The notes beneath the pieces are model-generated. The model saw only the letters and a list, made by a program, of their open reading frames with translations, was not told where the DNA came from and made no database searches. Of a stretch of DNA of 64,000 bases, positions 32,815 through 41,236 are shown in pieces (the stretch's first letter is position 1; every line of letters begins with the position of its first letter). The translations under genes and the position numbers were made by a program. This DNA comes from Kiritimatiellia bacterium (GTDB taxonomy: Bacteria > Verrucomicrobiota > Kiritimatiellia > RFP12 > JBMNHG01): positions 124,001 through 188,000 of the forward strand of contig JBMNHG010000003.1 of NCBI GenBank assembly GCA_050950285.1, given 5' to 3'.

Positions 32815-33435
32815 CTATTCTTCGGCGGCTTCGGGCGCGTCGGGGGCGTCGTCCGCCTCGGGCGGCGGCTCCCGGAGGCCGAGGCGGTCCATGATGGCGG
32901 GGGTGATGTCGAGGGATTCGTCGAAGTAGACGACGCTGGCGGGGGAGCCGGCCTTGTCCCCGGTGGGGGCTTCGGAGATGAAGGTGAATCCGTTTTCCTT
33001 CGCGTAGGCGGCTACCGCCGCCTGGAGTTCGACGTAGGTTCGTCTGAGCATGCGGGCCTGCTGGTCGGACAGTTGCTTCTGCATGTCGCGCATGGCCGCG
33101 CCGTAGGCCTTTTCGGCGGCAATGGCCTCTTCGCGCTTGGCGAGGGCTTCGCTCTCGGCGCGCTGGCGCGCCTTGTCGGAAAGCGCGGCATTCTGCGCGT
33201 TCTGGGCGGCGGCTTCGAAGGCCTTGGCGGCATTCTCGATCTGGTCGCGCAGCTCCTCTCGGCGCTCGCCGAAATCCTTGGCCATCTCCTCCAGGAGTTT
33301 GCGGTCGGACTCCGTGTTCGGGTGGCACCGAACCAGCTTCTCCATGTCCACCACGCCGATCTTGAGGTCGGCGGCATGGACGGAAAGGACGGCACAGGCG
33401 GACAGGGCGAAAACCAGGATGGGATGCAGGCGCAT
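32815..33435 (-). CDS. skp: OmpH/Skp periplasmic chaperone
   Basis: Signal peptide, KIGVVDM, long coiled coil and DIT C-terminus; lies upstream of lpxD. Confidence 0.88.
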   Translation of the reverse strand: MRLHPILVFALSACAVLSVHAADLKIGVVDMEKLVRCHPNTESDRKLLEEMAKDFGERREELRDQIENAAKAFEAAAQNAQNAALSDKARQRAESEALAKREEAIAAEKAYGAAMRDMQKQLSDQQARMLRRTYVELQAAVAAYAKENGFTFISEAPTGDKAGSPASVVYFDESLDITPAIMDRLGLREPPPEADDAPDAPEAAEE

Positions 33436-33642
33436 GGGAAACTCCTTGTGTTTGAAGCCCGATTTTAACGCAACCCGTCCTTCCAGGCAATGTGAATGAC
33501 ACCCGGTCTGGAAGCAAAAAACGGCAAAACGGCTGTGTCTAATCTCTTGCAAAATGCCTGGGATTCATCCTATAGTCTCATCGTTGGATGATACGGGGGC
33601 ATTCCCCTTCGTGCGTCCGGCGTCGCCCCAAGGAGGTTTCGC

Positions 33643-36600
33643 ATGAAATCAAACGGTTGTCTGGCATGTTGTCTCGCCGTGGCGCTCGCGGGCGCCGCAT
33701 CCGCCCAGGGCACGACCTATGCGGTCACAAACTACAGTTGGCTGCAACTGCCCGACAACGTGGCGCTGGTCGGCAGTTCCGCGCTGGATGCGGACACCGC
33801 CCTCGGCGCCGCCTATACCGGACACTCCCCCCAGGAGTCCGTCCTTCTGGGCGACATGCAGCCCTGGATCCCCAACCACGCGCTCACCCGGAACGGCACG
33901 AACGACTACTGGGTGACCCTCGATTTCGGCGCGCCGCGCGGGATGGACACCGTGCGGGTCGGCTATTGGGCGGGGGAGGGGACGGCCATCCGCCGGCTCC
34001 GCTTCTTCGGCTCGAACGACGGCGAGGCCTTCACCGCCCTCGGCGTCTGCGATCTCGGCCAGGACACGACGGGCACCGCGACCATCCAGCAAGCGCTCGA
34101 CGGCAATGCCTATCGCTACCTGCGCGTCCGGCTGAACGGCGAAGGGTCGCAGCCTGACGACCCGGACTATCGCGCGAACGCCGCCCGCGCCGACCGCGGC
34201 GGACCCGGATTCCAGTGGATCGAGCCCTACGGCGACGGCACGCTCTCTTTCGAGGAGGCCAACGTCGCGAACGCGACGGTCTTTGGCGCCGTCGCCTCTT
34301 GCTCCCCCGGCCTCGAATTCGCCTGGAACGGCTTCAACAATGGCGTCCTCGAAGACGGCGCCCGCGCCGGCGAGGAATCGCCGTGGGACGAGGGCCGCTA
34401 CCTCGAGATCGATCTCGGCGCCGTCCGCAACATCTACCGCGCCATCCTCGTGGCCGACGACAACTGGCGCCCCGCCTCCGCCACCTTCGAGGTGTCGGGC
34501 GACGGCGCCTCCTTCGTCCCGGTCGAACTCCAGAGCGCCCCCACCCTGCGCGGCTCCGCCACCGGCGGCACCCTCGAATACGTCTTCCACCCCGTCGAGG
34601 CCCGCTACTGGCGCATCGCCTCGATGACCGGCGGCAGCTACATGCTGTTGAACCAGTGGATGCTCTACCAGACCGAAAACCACGCCCCCGCGGTCGCCGC
34701 CACCAACGCCACCGTGCACATCACCGCGCAAGGCTATGCCGCACCCGCGATGGCGGATGTCGACGCCGGCAGTTCCGACCCCGATGGCGACACCCTCTCC
34801 GCCACCTTCTCCCCCGCGAAGTTCTTCTATGCCGACGCCGGCACCACCCAGAGCGTCGTCTACACCGTCAGCGACGGCGTCTTCGAATCCTCCACGAACC
34901 TCGAGATCGTGGTTCTCCTCGACCCCTCCCTCGGCAAGAAGATTCCCGTGGCGGACTACTCCTGGCTGCAGATCCCGCAGGGGCTCGCCGCCACCGTCGG
35001 CAACCCCGCCACCCCGTTCTCCGCCGACAACCCGACTTCCCACGGGGCCGTCGATGTCTTCCGATGGGGCTCCCGCTGCTGGATCCCGACCGGCGACCTC
35101 TCGCAGTACGGGGCCGGCGACTACTGGGGCACCCTCGAACTCGACGAGCCCCGCAACGTGAAGCAGGTGCGCGTGCAGCTCTGGAGCAGCGGGAGCCACA
35201 AGGTCCGCCGCTTCGCCATCGAAGGCTCGACCGACGGCGAGACCTTCGCCGCCATCGGCGCGCACGACTTCGGATCCTTCCAGACGGCGGACAGCGTCCT
35301 CGCGCTCGTCGACGTCGCCCCCGGCGTCTACCGCTACATCCGCGTGCGCTTCAACGGCACCGCCTCCGGCGGCGCCGACCCGGACTACACCACCGACGGC
35401 GGCGTCTACGGCGGCCCCGGCCTTACGCTGATCGAGCCCATCGGCGACGGCGCGATCCGGCAGGAGTTCGTGAACTTCGCCAACCGCGACGCCTTCGGCA
35501 CCGTCTTCTCCTGCGTCTGCGACCGCAGCGGCACCCAGCTCAACAACGGCACGCTCCAGGACTGCCACTGGCTCATCGGCGAAGACTACCCCTGGGACGA
35601 AGGCCACTACCTGCAGTTCGACCTCGGCGAAGCCCGCCCCGTCTACCGCACCATCCTCAAGGCGTGCCGCGAGTACGGCCCGCAGGCCTCCGCGTCCTTC
35701 GCCTGGTCGAACGACGGCGTGACCTTCACCCCCGTCGCCGGCGCCACCGGGCCCGACTTCCACGCGGTCGTCCCCGGCCCGTCCCACGGCGCCCTCGAAT
35801 ACTCCTTCCCCCCCGTCGAGGCCCGCTACTGGCGCGTCGTCGGCGCCACCGGAGGGAACTACGCGATCTTCACGCAGTGGATGCTCTATGCGAGCGACAA
35901 CCAGGCGCCCGTCGTGAGCGCCGTGTCCGCGAAAACCTTCTACGTGGGCGCGGGCGGCAGCTCCCTCGCGCCGGAGGACGTCGACACCGGCAGCTACGAC
36001 CCGGACGGCGACGAACTCGTCAAGACCCTCACGCCCTCGACCTTCACCTTTAGCCAGGTGGGCACCACCGTGGACGTCGTCTACAGCGTGAGCGACGGGC
36101 TCGTCGCCACGACCGTCGTCATCCCCGTCGCCGTGAAGGCCGATCCCTCGCTCGGCGGCCGCATCCCCGTGGCCGGCTACAACTGGCTGCAGCTCCCCGG
36201 GGACGACGTGGCCGTCGCGGGCGTGATCCTCGACGCGGACGGCGCGCCGTGCAGCCTCCCCTGGTCGGGCTACGGCGCACCCTCGTACCTGCGCTGGGGA
36301 TACCACGTGTGGATCATCCACGGCGCCGGGAACGGCTGCGGGACCGCCCTGACCGACGCCGCGGTCGACCCCGGCACCGGATGGTACATCGGCCAGACCA
36401 ACTATGCGGGCGTCGTGACCCTCGCCGCGCCGCGAAACGTCTCGAAGGTGAACGTCCAGCTCTGGGCAAGCGAAGGCGCGAGCTTCAAGCGCTTCTTCCT
36501 CGACGGCAGCGCCGACGGCACGAACTGGACCCCCTGCGCCACCTTCGAGAGCGAAACGGCGGTCACCGGCACGCCGGTCTACACCTACAACGTGCCCTCC

Positions 36601-37194
36601 GCCCTCTACAAGGCCTTCCGCGTGCGCTTCATGGCCGGCGACTACACCGGCGGACACGCCGGGCGCGGCGGCCCCGGCATCTACTGCATCCAGCCCTGCG
36701 GGGACGGCCTCGTCGAGCCCAACGAGGTCAACTGGGCGAACGCCGGGAACTTCGGCGCCGTGCTCGGCTATTCCGGCATCAACCACGCCCCCGGACTCAA
36801 CGCCAACGGCAACGGCAACCTCGCCGGCGACTTCCTCTGGGGCGACGGCGGCCGCGTGGGCACCATCAGCCGCGGCTTCGAAGAGGGCGACTACATCCAG
36901 GTCGACCTCGGCTACGCCCGCTGGCTCCGCTCGATGACCATCCTCTGGAACTACATCGGCGGGGATCTGGCCCTCCAGGGGTCGCGCGACGGCGAGACCT
37001 TCGAGGCCATCGCCTTCACCCGCGACGACCCTTTGTTCCCCCGCGCGAGCAACCTCGACTTCGACGGGATGGGGAAGTACCGCTACATCCGGATCGTGGA
37101 TGGCACGAACACCGCCACCGGCCACTTCCTTGTCAACCAGATCCTCCTGATGGGCGCCGAGCCCCCGAAGGGCACGATGCTGATGATCCGATAG
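33643..37194 (+). CDS. Secreted protein with three repeated discoidin (F5/8 type C)-like modules and Ig-like spacers
   Basis: RBS AAGGAGG and signal peptide. Repeated Y(S/N)WLQ(L/I)P...GS.DG..F...YRY.RVR...GGPG...DLG motifs; two DPDGD-containing spacers; ends KGTMLMIR. Confidence 0.75.
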   Translation: MKSNGCLACCLAVALAGAASAQGTTYAVTNYSWLQLPDNVALVGSSALDADTALGAAYTGHSPQESVLLGDMQPWIPNHALTRNGTNDYWVTLDFGAPRGMDTVRVGYWAGEGTAIRRLRFFGSNDGEAFTALGVCDLGQDTTGTATIQQALDGNAYRYLRVRLNGEGSQPDDPDYRANAARADRGGPGFQWIEPYGDGTLSFEEANVANATVFGAVASCSPGLEFAWNGFNNGVLEDGARAGEESPWDEGRYLEIDLGAVRNIYRAILVADDNWRPASATFEVSGDGASFVPVELQSAPTLRGSATGGTLEYVFHPVEARYWRIASMTGGSYMLLNQWMLYQTENHAPAVAATNATVHITAQGYAAPAMADVDAGSSDPDGDTLSATFSPAKFFYADAGTTQSVVYTVSDGVFESSTNLEIVVLLDPSLGKKIPVADYSWLQIPQGLAATVGNPATPFSADNPTSHGAVDVFRWGSRCWIPTGDLSQYGAGDYWGTLELDEPRNVKQVRVQLWSSGSHKVRRFAIEGSTDGETFAAIGAHDFGSFQTADSVLALVDVAPGVYRYIRVRFNGTASGGADPDYTTDGGVYGGPGLTLIEPIGDGAIRQEFVNFANRDAFGTVFSCVCDRSGTQLNNGTLQDCHWLIGEDYPWDEGHYLQFDLGEARPVYRTILKACREYGPQASASFAWSNDGVTFTPVAGATGPDFHAVVPGPSHGALEYSFPPVEARYWRVVGATGGNYAIFTQWMLYASDNQAPVVSAVSAKTFYVGAGGSSLAPEDVDTGSYDPDGDELVKTLTPSTFTFSQVGTTVDVVYSVSDGLVATTVVIPVAVKADPSLGGRIPVAGYNWLQLPGDDVAVAGVILDADGAPCSLPWSGYGAPSYLRWGYHVWIIHGAGNGCGTALTDAAVDPGTGWYIGQTNYAGVVTLAAPRNVSKVNVQLWASEGASFKRFFLDGSADGTNWTPCATFESETAVTGTPVYTYNVPSALYKAFRVRFMAGDYTGGHAGRGGPGIYCIQPCGDGLVEPNEVNWANAGNFGAVLGYSGINHAPGLNANGNGNLAGDFLWGDGGRVGTISRGFEEGDYIQVDLGYARWLRSMTILWNYIGGDLALQGSRDGETFEAIAFTRDDPLFPRASNLDFDGMGKYRYIRIVDGTNTATGHFLVNQILLMGAEPPKGTMLMIR

Positions 37195-37338
37195 GACGAC
37201 CCAAGGAATGCGCCCGTGCGTCCCAACTCCGCAACCGACGACGTCTCGCAACGGCCTATCCTGTCCATGGCCCGTCCAAGCCCGTCACTTCACTTCACCA
37301 CCATGCCGCCCCGCGACGGGGCGCGAAAGGAGCAAACC

Positions 37339-38796
37339 ATGCCACGAACCCTACGTCTCGCCCGGCTCGCGCCGGGCTGCATCGCCCTGTTGATGGCGGG
37401 CGCCGCCTGTGCGTTGGACCTTCATCTGGAGGTCGAAGGCCTGCAGGACAACATGCGCATCGACAAACGCTTCGTCCTGCGCGGCAGGGCCTACAACGCA
37501 GACCCCGAAGGCGAGGCCGTCCAGACCAACGGACTGCGCGCCTTCTATTTCACCCACGGCAACCGCTCCTACCACAACGCGCCCATGCCCATCGGCGACA
37601 CCACCAACACCTGGTGGCAGGGCGGGCGCAACAGCGAGTTCGCCACCAACGCCTGGAACTCCGGGAACTGGTGGATCCACGACACCGCCGCCTGGCGCGC
37701 CGCGAACGGACTCCCCACCAACGCGATAGGCCAGTCCTTCCCGCCCTACGTCCTCGCGAAGATCATGGGCGACCTCTCCACCACGGACGACGACAAACCC
37801 CAATACGGGGACAACTTCACCATCGTCATGTGCGGCAAGCTCGTCGTCCCGACGGAGATGGACTACCGCTTCAACGGCGGCGGCGACGACGTGCTCAACA
37901 TCTACCTCGACGGCCGGTGCGTCCACACCTCCGCCCATTCCGCCAATCGCCCGAGCGTGCGCCTCGTGCCCGACACCTACAACTTCATCGCCGAATTCGG
38001 CGAAAACGGCGGCCACCAGTACTATTCCTTCGGCGTCCCCGCCGGGTGCACCCTCGTGGCGAATCCGCCGGACGAGTTCCCCTTCTTCGGCCGCACCCTC
38101 GAGGCGAAGCGATGGTTCGCGGAACGCCGCGACGGACGGCTCACCCTCCGCATCCGCCAGGGACAAGACGGCACGGGCGCGGATCTGGGCGACCTCTCCT
38201 ACTTCAACGGGCAATCCTACGAAGGCTATGGCACCGTCGACACGAGCCCGTCGCCCCAGCCCGACCACTACCGCCTCATCATGGCCGGCTACTGGTACTG
38301 CCCGGCCACCACGAACTATTCCTTCCTCTGCGGCGCCGACGACCGCTTCCTGCTGGCGCTCTCCAACGCCTCGCCCGACGATCCCGGCTCCGACCCCTGG
38401 ACCATCCCCGCCATCGTCAGCTCCGAACTCGGGACCGGCGCCACCATCGACCTCGACGAAGGATGGCACCCCATCCGAATGGAGTTCGGCGAAGGCGGCG
38501 GAAACGCCCAGTGGAACATCTTCTACGGCGCGACCGGAAGCGGGGCCTGGGCCCTCTTCAACACCGCCGCATGCCGCTCCACCGAAGATCGCGCCTACGA
38601 ATGGTTCGACCTCGCGAACGACCGCGCGCAGGCGCCGGAGACGCAGGACCTCTTCGCGGTGGACCTCTCCGGCATGGTCGGCGAAGCCATCGACCTGCGT
38701 GTCAAGGCCGTCGGCTACGACCTAAGCGAAGTGACGCAGGTCTACACGAACCTCACCGTCGTCGAACGCAACGGCACCATGCTTCTGCTGCGCTAG
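37339..38796 (+). CDS. Secreted PA14-like domain protein
   Basis: RBS AAGGAG and signal peptide. Two PA14-like segments (DNFTIVMCG..YRFNGGGDD; YSFLCGADD...GWHPIRMEFGEGGG); ends NGTMLLLR. Confidence 0.7.
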   Translation: MPRTLRLARLAPGCIALLMAGAACALDLHLEVEGLQDNMRIDKRFVLRGRAYNADPEGEAVQTNGLRAFYFTHGNRSYHNAPMPIGDTTNTWWQGGRNSEFATNAWNSGNWWIHDTAAWRAANGLPTNAIGQSFPPYVLAKIMGDLSTTDDDKPQYGDNFTIVMCGKLVVPTEMDYRFNGGGDDVLNIYLDGRCVHTSAHSANRPSVRLVPDTYNFIAEFGENGGHQYYSFGVPAGCTLVANPPDEFPFFGRTLEAKRWFAERRDGRLTLRIRQGQDGTGADLGDLSYFNGQSYEGYGTVDTSPSPQPDHYRLIMAGYWYCPATTNYSFLCGADDRFLLALSNASPDDPGSDPWTIPAIVSSELGTGATIDLDEGWHPIRMEFGEGGGNAQWNIFYGATGSGAWALFNTAACRSTEDRAYEWFDLANDRAQAPETQDLFAVDLSGMVGEAIDLRVKAVGYDLSEVTQVYTNLTVVERNGTMLLLR

Positions 38797-38916
38797 CGGC
38801 CGAAAAGGGATTCGGTCTCGACAACGGCGCCATCCTGTGCGATACTTTCCCATCCACGGTGAGATGCGATGCATGATGGATGTGCCGCACGAGACCGGAT
38901 AGAAAGGAACTTCACC

Positions 38917-39264
38917 ATGAGCGACACCATTACGGACCAGGAAGAGAAAATCGCCGAGGCTCTGGACACCCTGGAGCAGACTTGCAAAGAGAAGAAGGAG
39001 GTCATCAGCGAGATGCTCTCCTCCAAGTACGCCAACCTCCGCGAAACGCTGATCGACGCAGGCAAGGCCTCCGGCGCCGCCGCCGGGGAGGTCGCGGCCC
39101 GCACCCGCGAGGCCCTCGCCAACGCCTATGACGTGGGCCAGGAAAAGATCAAGCGCGCCGCAGGCGCGGTCGACTCCCAGGTCCATGCCACCCCGTGGCC
39201 CTTCGTGGGCGGCGTCGCGCTTGTTTCGCTGATGTTCGGATACATTCTCGGGCGCACGCGGTAA
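38917..39264 (+). CDS. DUF883/ElaB/YqjD-family membrane-anchored protein
   Basis: Helical body followed by VHATPW and C-terminal TM GGVALVSLMFGYILGR; RBS AAAGGA. Confidence 0.82.
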   Translation: MSDTITDQEEKIAEALDTLEQTCKEKKEVISEMLSSKYANLRETLIDAGKASGAAAGEVAARTREALANAYDVGQEKIKRAAGAVDSQVHATPWPFVGGVALVSLMFGYILGRTR

Positions 39265-39280
39265 CAGCGGGAGATCCGCC

Positions 39281-39679
39281 ATGAAGCCGCTCTCCGGACC
39301 CATGAAAAACGTTCTGGGCATCGCCACGCAGCTCCTCTTCCGAAAGGGGAGGAAGGCCGGACGCGACTGGTTCCAGCTGCGCGCCGCATCGTGCTACCTC
39401 AAGACCGTGCGCAACGTCCGTCTCGCCTTCCTGGGCCTGCTGGCCCTGGCGATGATGCTGATGCTGCTGGGGGGAGGGCTCGTCCTGCTCCACGTGGGAT
39501 TGTACCTGCTCCTGCCCGCCCCCGCGAACGTCATCGTCCTGCTGGTCTTCGGCGCGCTTTACGTCCTCGTGGCGCTGGTCGCGCTGGCGGTCGCCTGCAG
39601 CGAGAAGACGTGGATGCGGGCGAGCGGGGCCGAAACGTTCTCCCGGAAGGCCCTCCAGGAAGCCCGCCGGTCTTCGTGA
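39281..39679 (+). CDS. Two-TM membrane protein (YqjE/holin-like partner of DUF883)
   Basis: Two long hydrophobic helices; directly follows the DUF883 gene. Confidence 0.6.
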   Translation: MKPLSGPMKNVLGIATQLLFRKGRKAGRDWFQLRAASCYLKTVRNVRLAFLGLLALAMMLMLLGGGLVLLHVGLYLLLPAPANVIVLLVFGALYVLVALVALAVACSEKTWMRASGAETFSRKALQEARRSS

Positions 39680-39712
39680 CGGCGGCTCTCCCCGAAGTGA
39701 TTCCGCAAAGAC

Positions 39713-39750
39713 AACGGCGCGTCCCGAATCCGGGGCGCGCCGTTTTTTTT
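39713..39750 (+). terminator. Rho-independent terminator
   Basis: AACGGCGCGTCCC / GGGGCGCGCCGTT stem followed by a T run. Confidence 0.75.
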
Positions 39751-39808
39751 GTAGCGGGACCGGCGCCGGCGGGGGCTTCCCCCCGGCGGGCGCCGGCGGC
39801 CGCCGCCG

Positions 39809-40315
39809 CTACAGCCTGTTCCTGCCGGCCGGAGTCCGGGGTGTCTCCTCGGTGAACCGCCGGTTTTCCTCGCGGAAACCGTCCACCGTGCTGCCGATGG
39901 CCTGGATGACGTCCTCGAGTACGCCCGCGTCCGCGTCCGCGTCCACCGGATAGCGGAAAATCAGGCGCTCCCTGCCGCCGTTCGTGTGGAGCTGCCACGC
40001 GCCGATCTTGTATTCCCCGTTGCTTTCCGCGGCGATGCGCTTCAGCTCCGCCGGGATCTTGTCCATGCGGACCCCCTCCGCCCAGACGTCGCGGACTTTG
40101 AGCCCGGCAAGCGTCTCGACCGCCTTGTCCACGTACACGTGCACGTCGTTGCCGCCCCACGTGGAGTCGAACGAGACGCGAATGTCATCGTCGGAGTCGA
40201 CCGCGTACTTCAGGCCCGTCTTGTCCATCTCGGCCTTCACCCCCGGATCCGCATCGGCCATCGCGGGAGAGACGCAAGACGCGGCGACAGCGAAGAGAAG
40301 AAATGCTTTTTTCAT
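39809..40315 (-). CDS. Secreted YbjN-like domain protein
   Basis: Signal peptide MKKAFLLFAVAASCVSPAMA; GLKYAVDSDDD and YKIGAWQ; paralog of the adjacent gene. Confidence 0.7.
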   Translation of the reverse strand: MKKAFLLFAVAASCVSPAMADADPGVKAEMDKTGLKYAVDSDDDIRVSFDSTWGGNDVHVYVDKAVETLAGLKVRDVWAEGVRMDKIPAELKRIAAESNGEYKIGAWQLHTNGGRERLIFRYPVDADADAGVLEDVIQAIGSTVDGFREENRRFTEETPRTPAGRNRL

Positions 40316-40334
40316 GGTGTCCACCTGCCTGTTC

Positions 40335-40841
40335 CTATTCCTCGTCGTCGTCCATGAGCGCTTCCAAGTCCACCAGGCCTCCGGATCCGTACCTGTCGCG
40401 GAATCGGTCCACGGCGAGCACGATGGCCCGGACGACGGTGTCGAAATCGTCGCCGCCCATGTCGGCCGGGATGGCGCAACTGAACACGACGGTCGCGACG
40501 GGGCCCTTCTTCAACACCTGCCACGCGCCGATCTTGAACGAGGCGTTTTCCTTCAGGATGTCGTCGATCATGGCGTCGGGGATGTCCGTCCCCATGTAGG
40601 CCAGTGCCCATACGCTCCGGGTCTCGTATCCGTCCAGGCTGCTCGTGTCGCTGAAGGCGATGACGGTAATCTCGCCGTTGTCGCCGACATCGAACTCGAC
40701 GAGCGCGTCATCGTCGTTGTCGATCAAATACTTCAGGCCGGAATCATCCAGTGCGCGCTTCAGCCGCACATCGGCGCCGGCGACGGCGGCAGTCGCCACG
40801 CATAGCGCGGCGGATGCGATCCACAGTGTCCTTCGAAACAT
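40335..40841 (-). CDS. Secreted YbjN-like domain protein (paralog)
   Basis: Signal peptide MFRRTLWIASAALCVATAAVA; GLKYLIDNDDD and FKIGAWQ. Confidence 0.7.
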   Translation of the reverse strand: MFRRTLWIASAALCVATAAVAGADVRLKRALDDSGLKYLIDNDDDALVEFDVGDNGEITVIAFSDTSSLDGYETRSVWALAYMGTDIPDAMIDDILKENASFKIGAWQVLKKGPVATVVFSCAIPADMGGDDFDTVVRAIVLAVDRFRDRYGSGGLVDLEALMDDDEE

Positions 40842-41150
40842 GTCGTTGTCTTCCCTTTGCTTGCGCGGCGTCCAATAGTCGGGGGAGCGGAGCGCCCCCC
40901 TTCCGGAGCTACTGGGGCTTTCGCTTGGTGGACGCCATCGTACCGGAGTCGGCCCGGGGCGTTCAAGCTGTTTCCGCGCCTGCGTCCTATCGCAGGAGGA
41001 AGAGGGTCCCCGCGGCGGACGAACACGCGGGCGCGCGCCCGGATCGCCCTCGAAGAAGATCTGCGGCGTGCCGTTTTCCCCGAAGACCATCGGGACGCCC
41101 TCCGCCAGGTCGAGCCCGCAGGAGGCGTCGGGCCCGGTGAAGACGTATGC
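40798..41150. repeat. Left copy of a direct duplication (deleted derivative of 48493-50567)
   Basis: Matches 48493-48713, 48746-48760, 48865-48961 and 50549-50567 in order, with a few substitutions. Confidence 0.9.
40987..41150 (-). pseudogene. Collapsed remnant of the 48682-51885 gene 3' end
   Basis: Retains DASCGLDLAEGVPMVFGENGT and AAGTLFLLR-stop, with internal deletions and frameshifts. Confidence 0.85.
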
Positions 41151-41236
41151 TGTCCGCGAAACGCCCCTCCCAGCAGGTGCTTCCCGAATTTCGTGGAAGA
41201 GCCTTTTTGTACAGGACCATGCCAGCCTCTTCCGCA

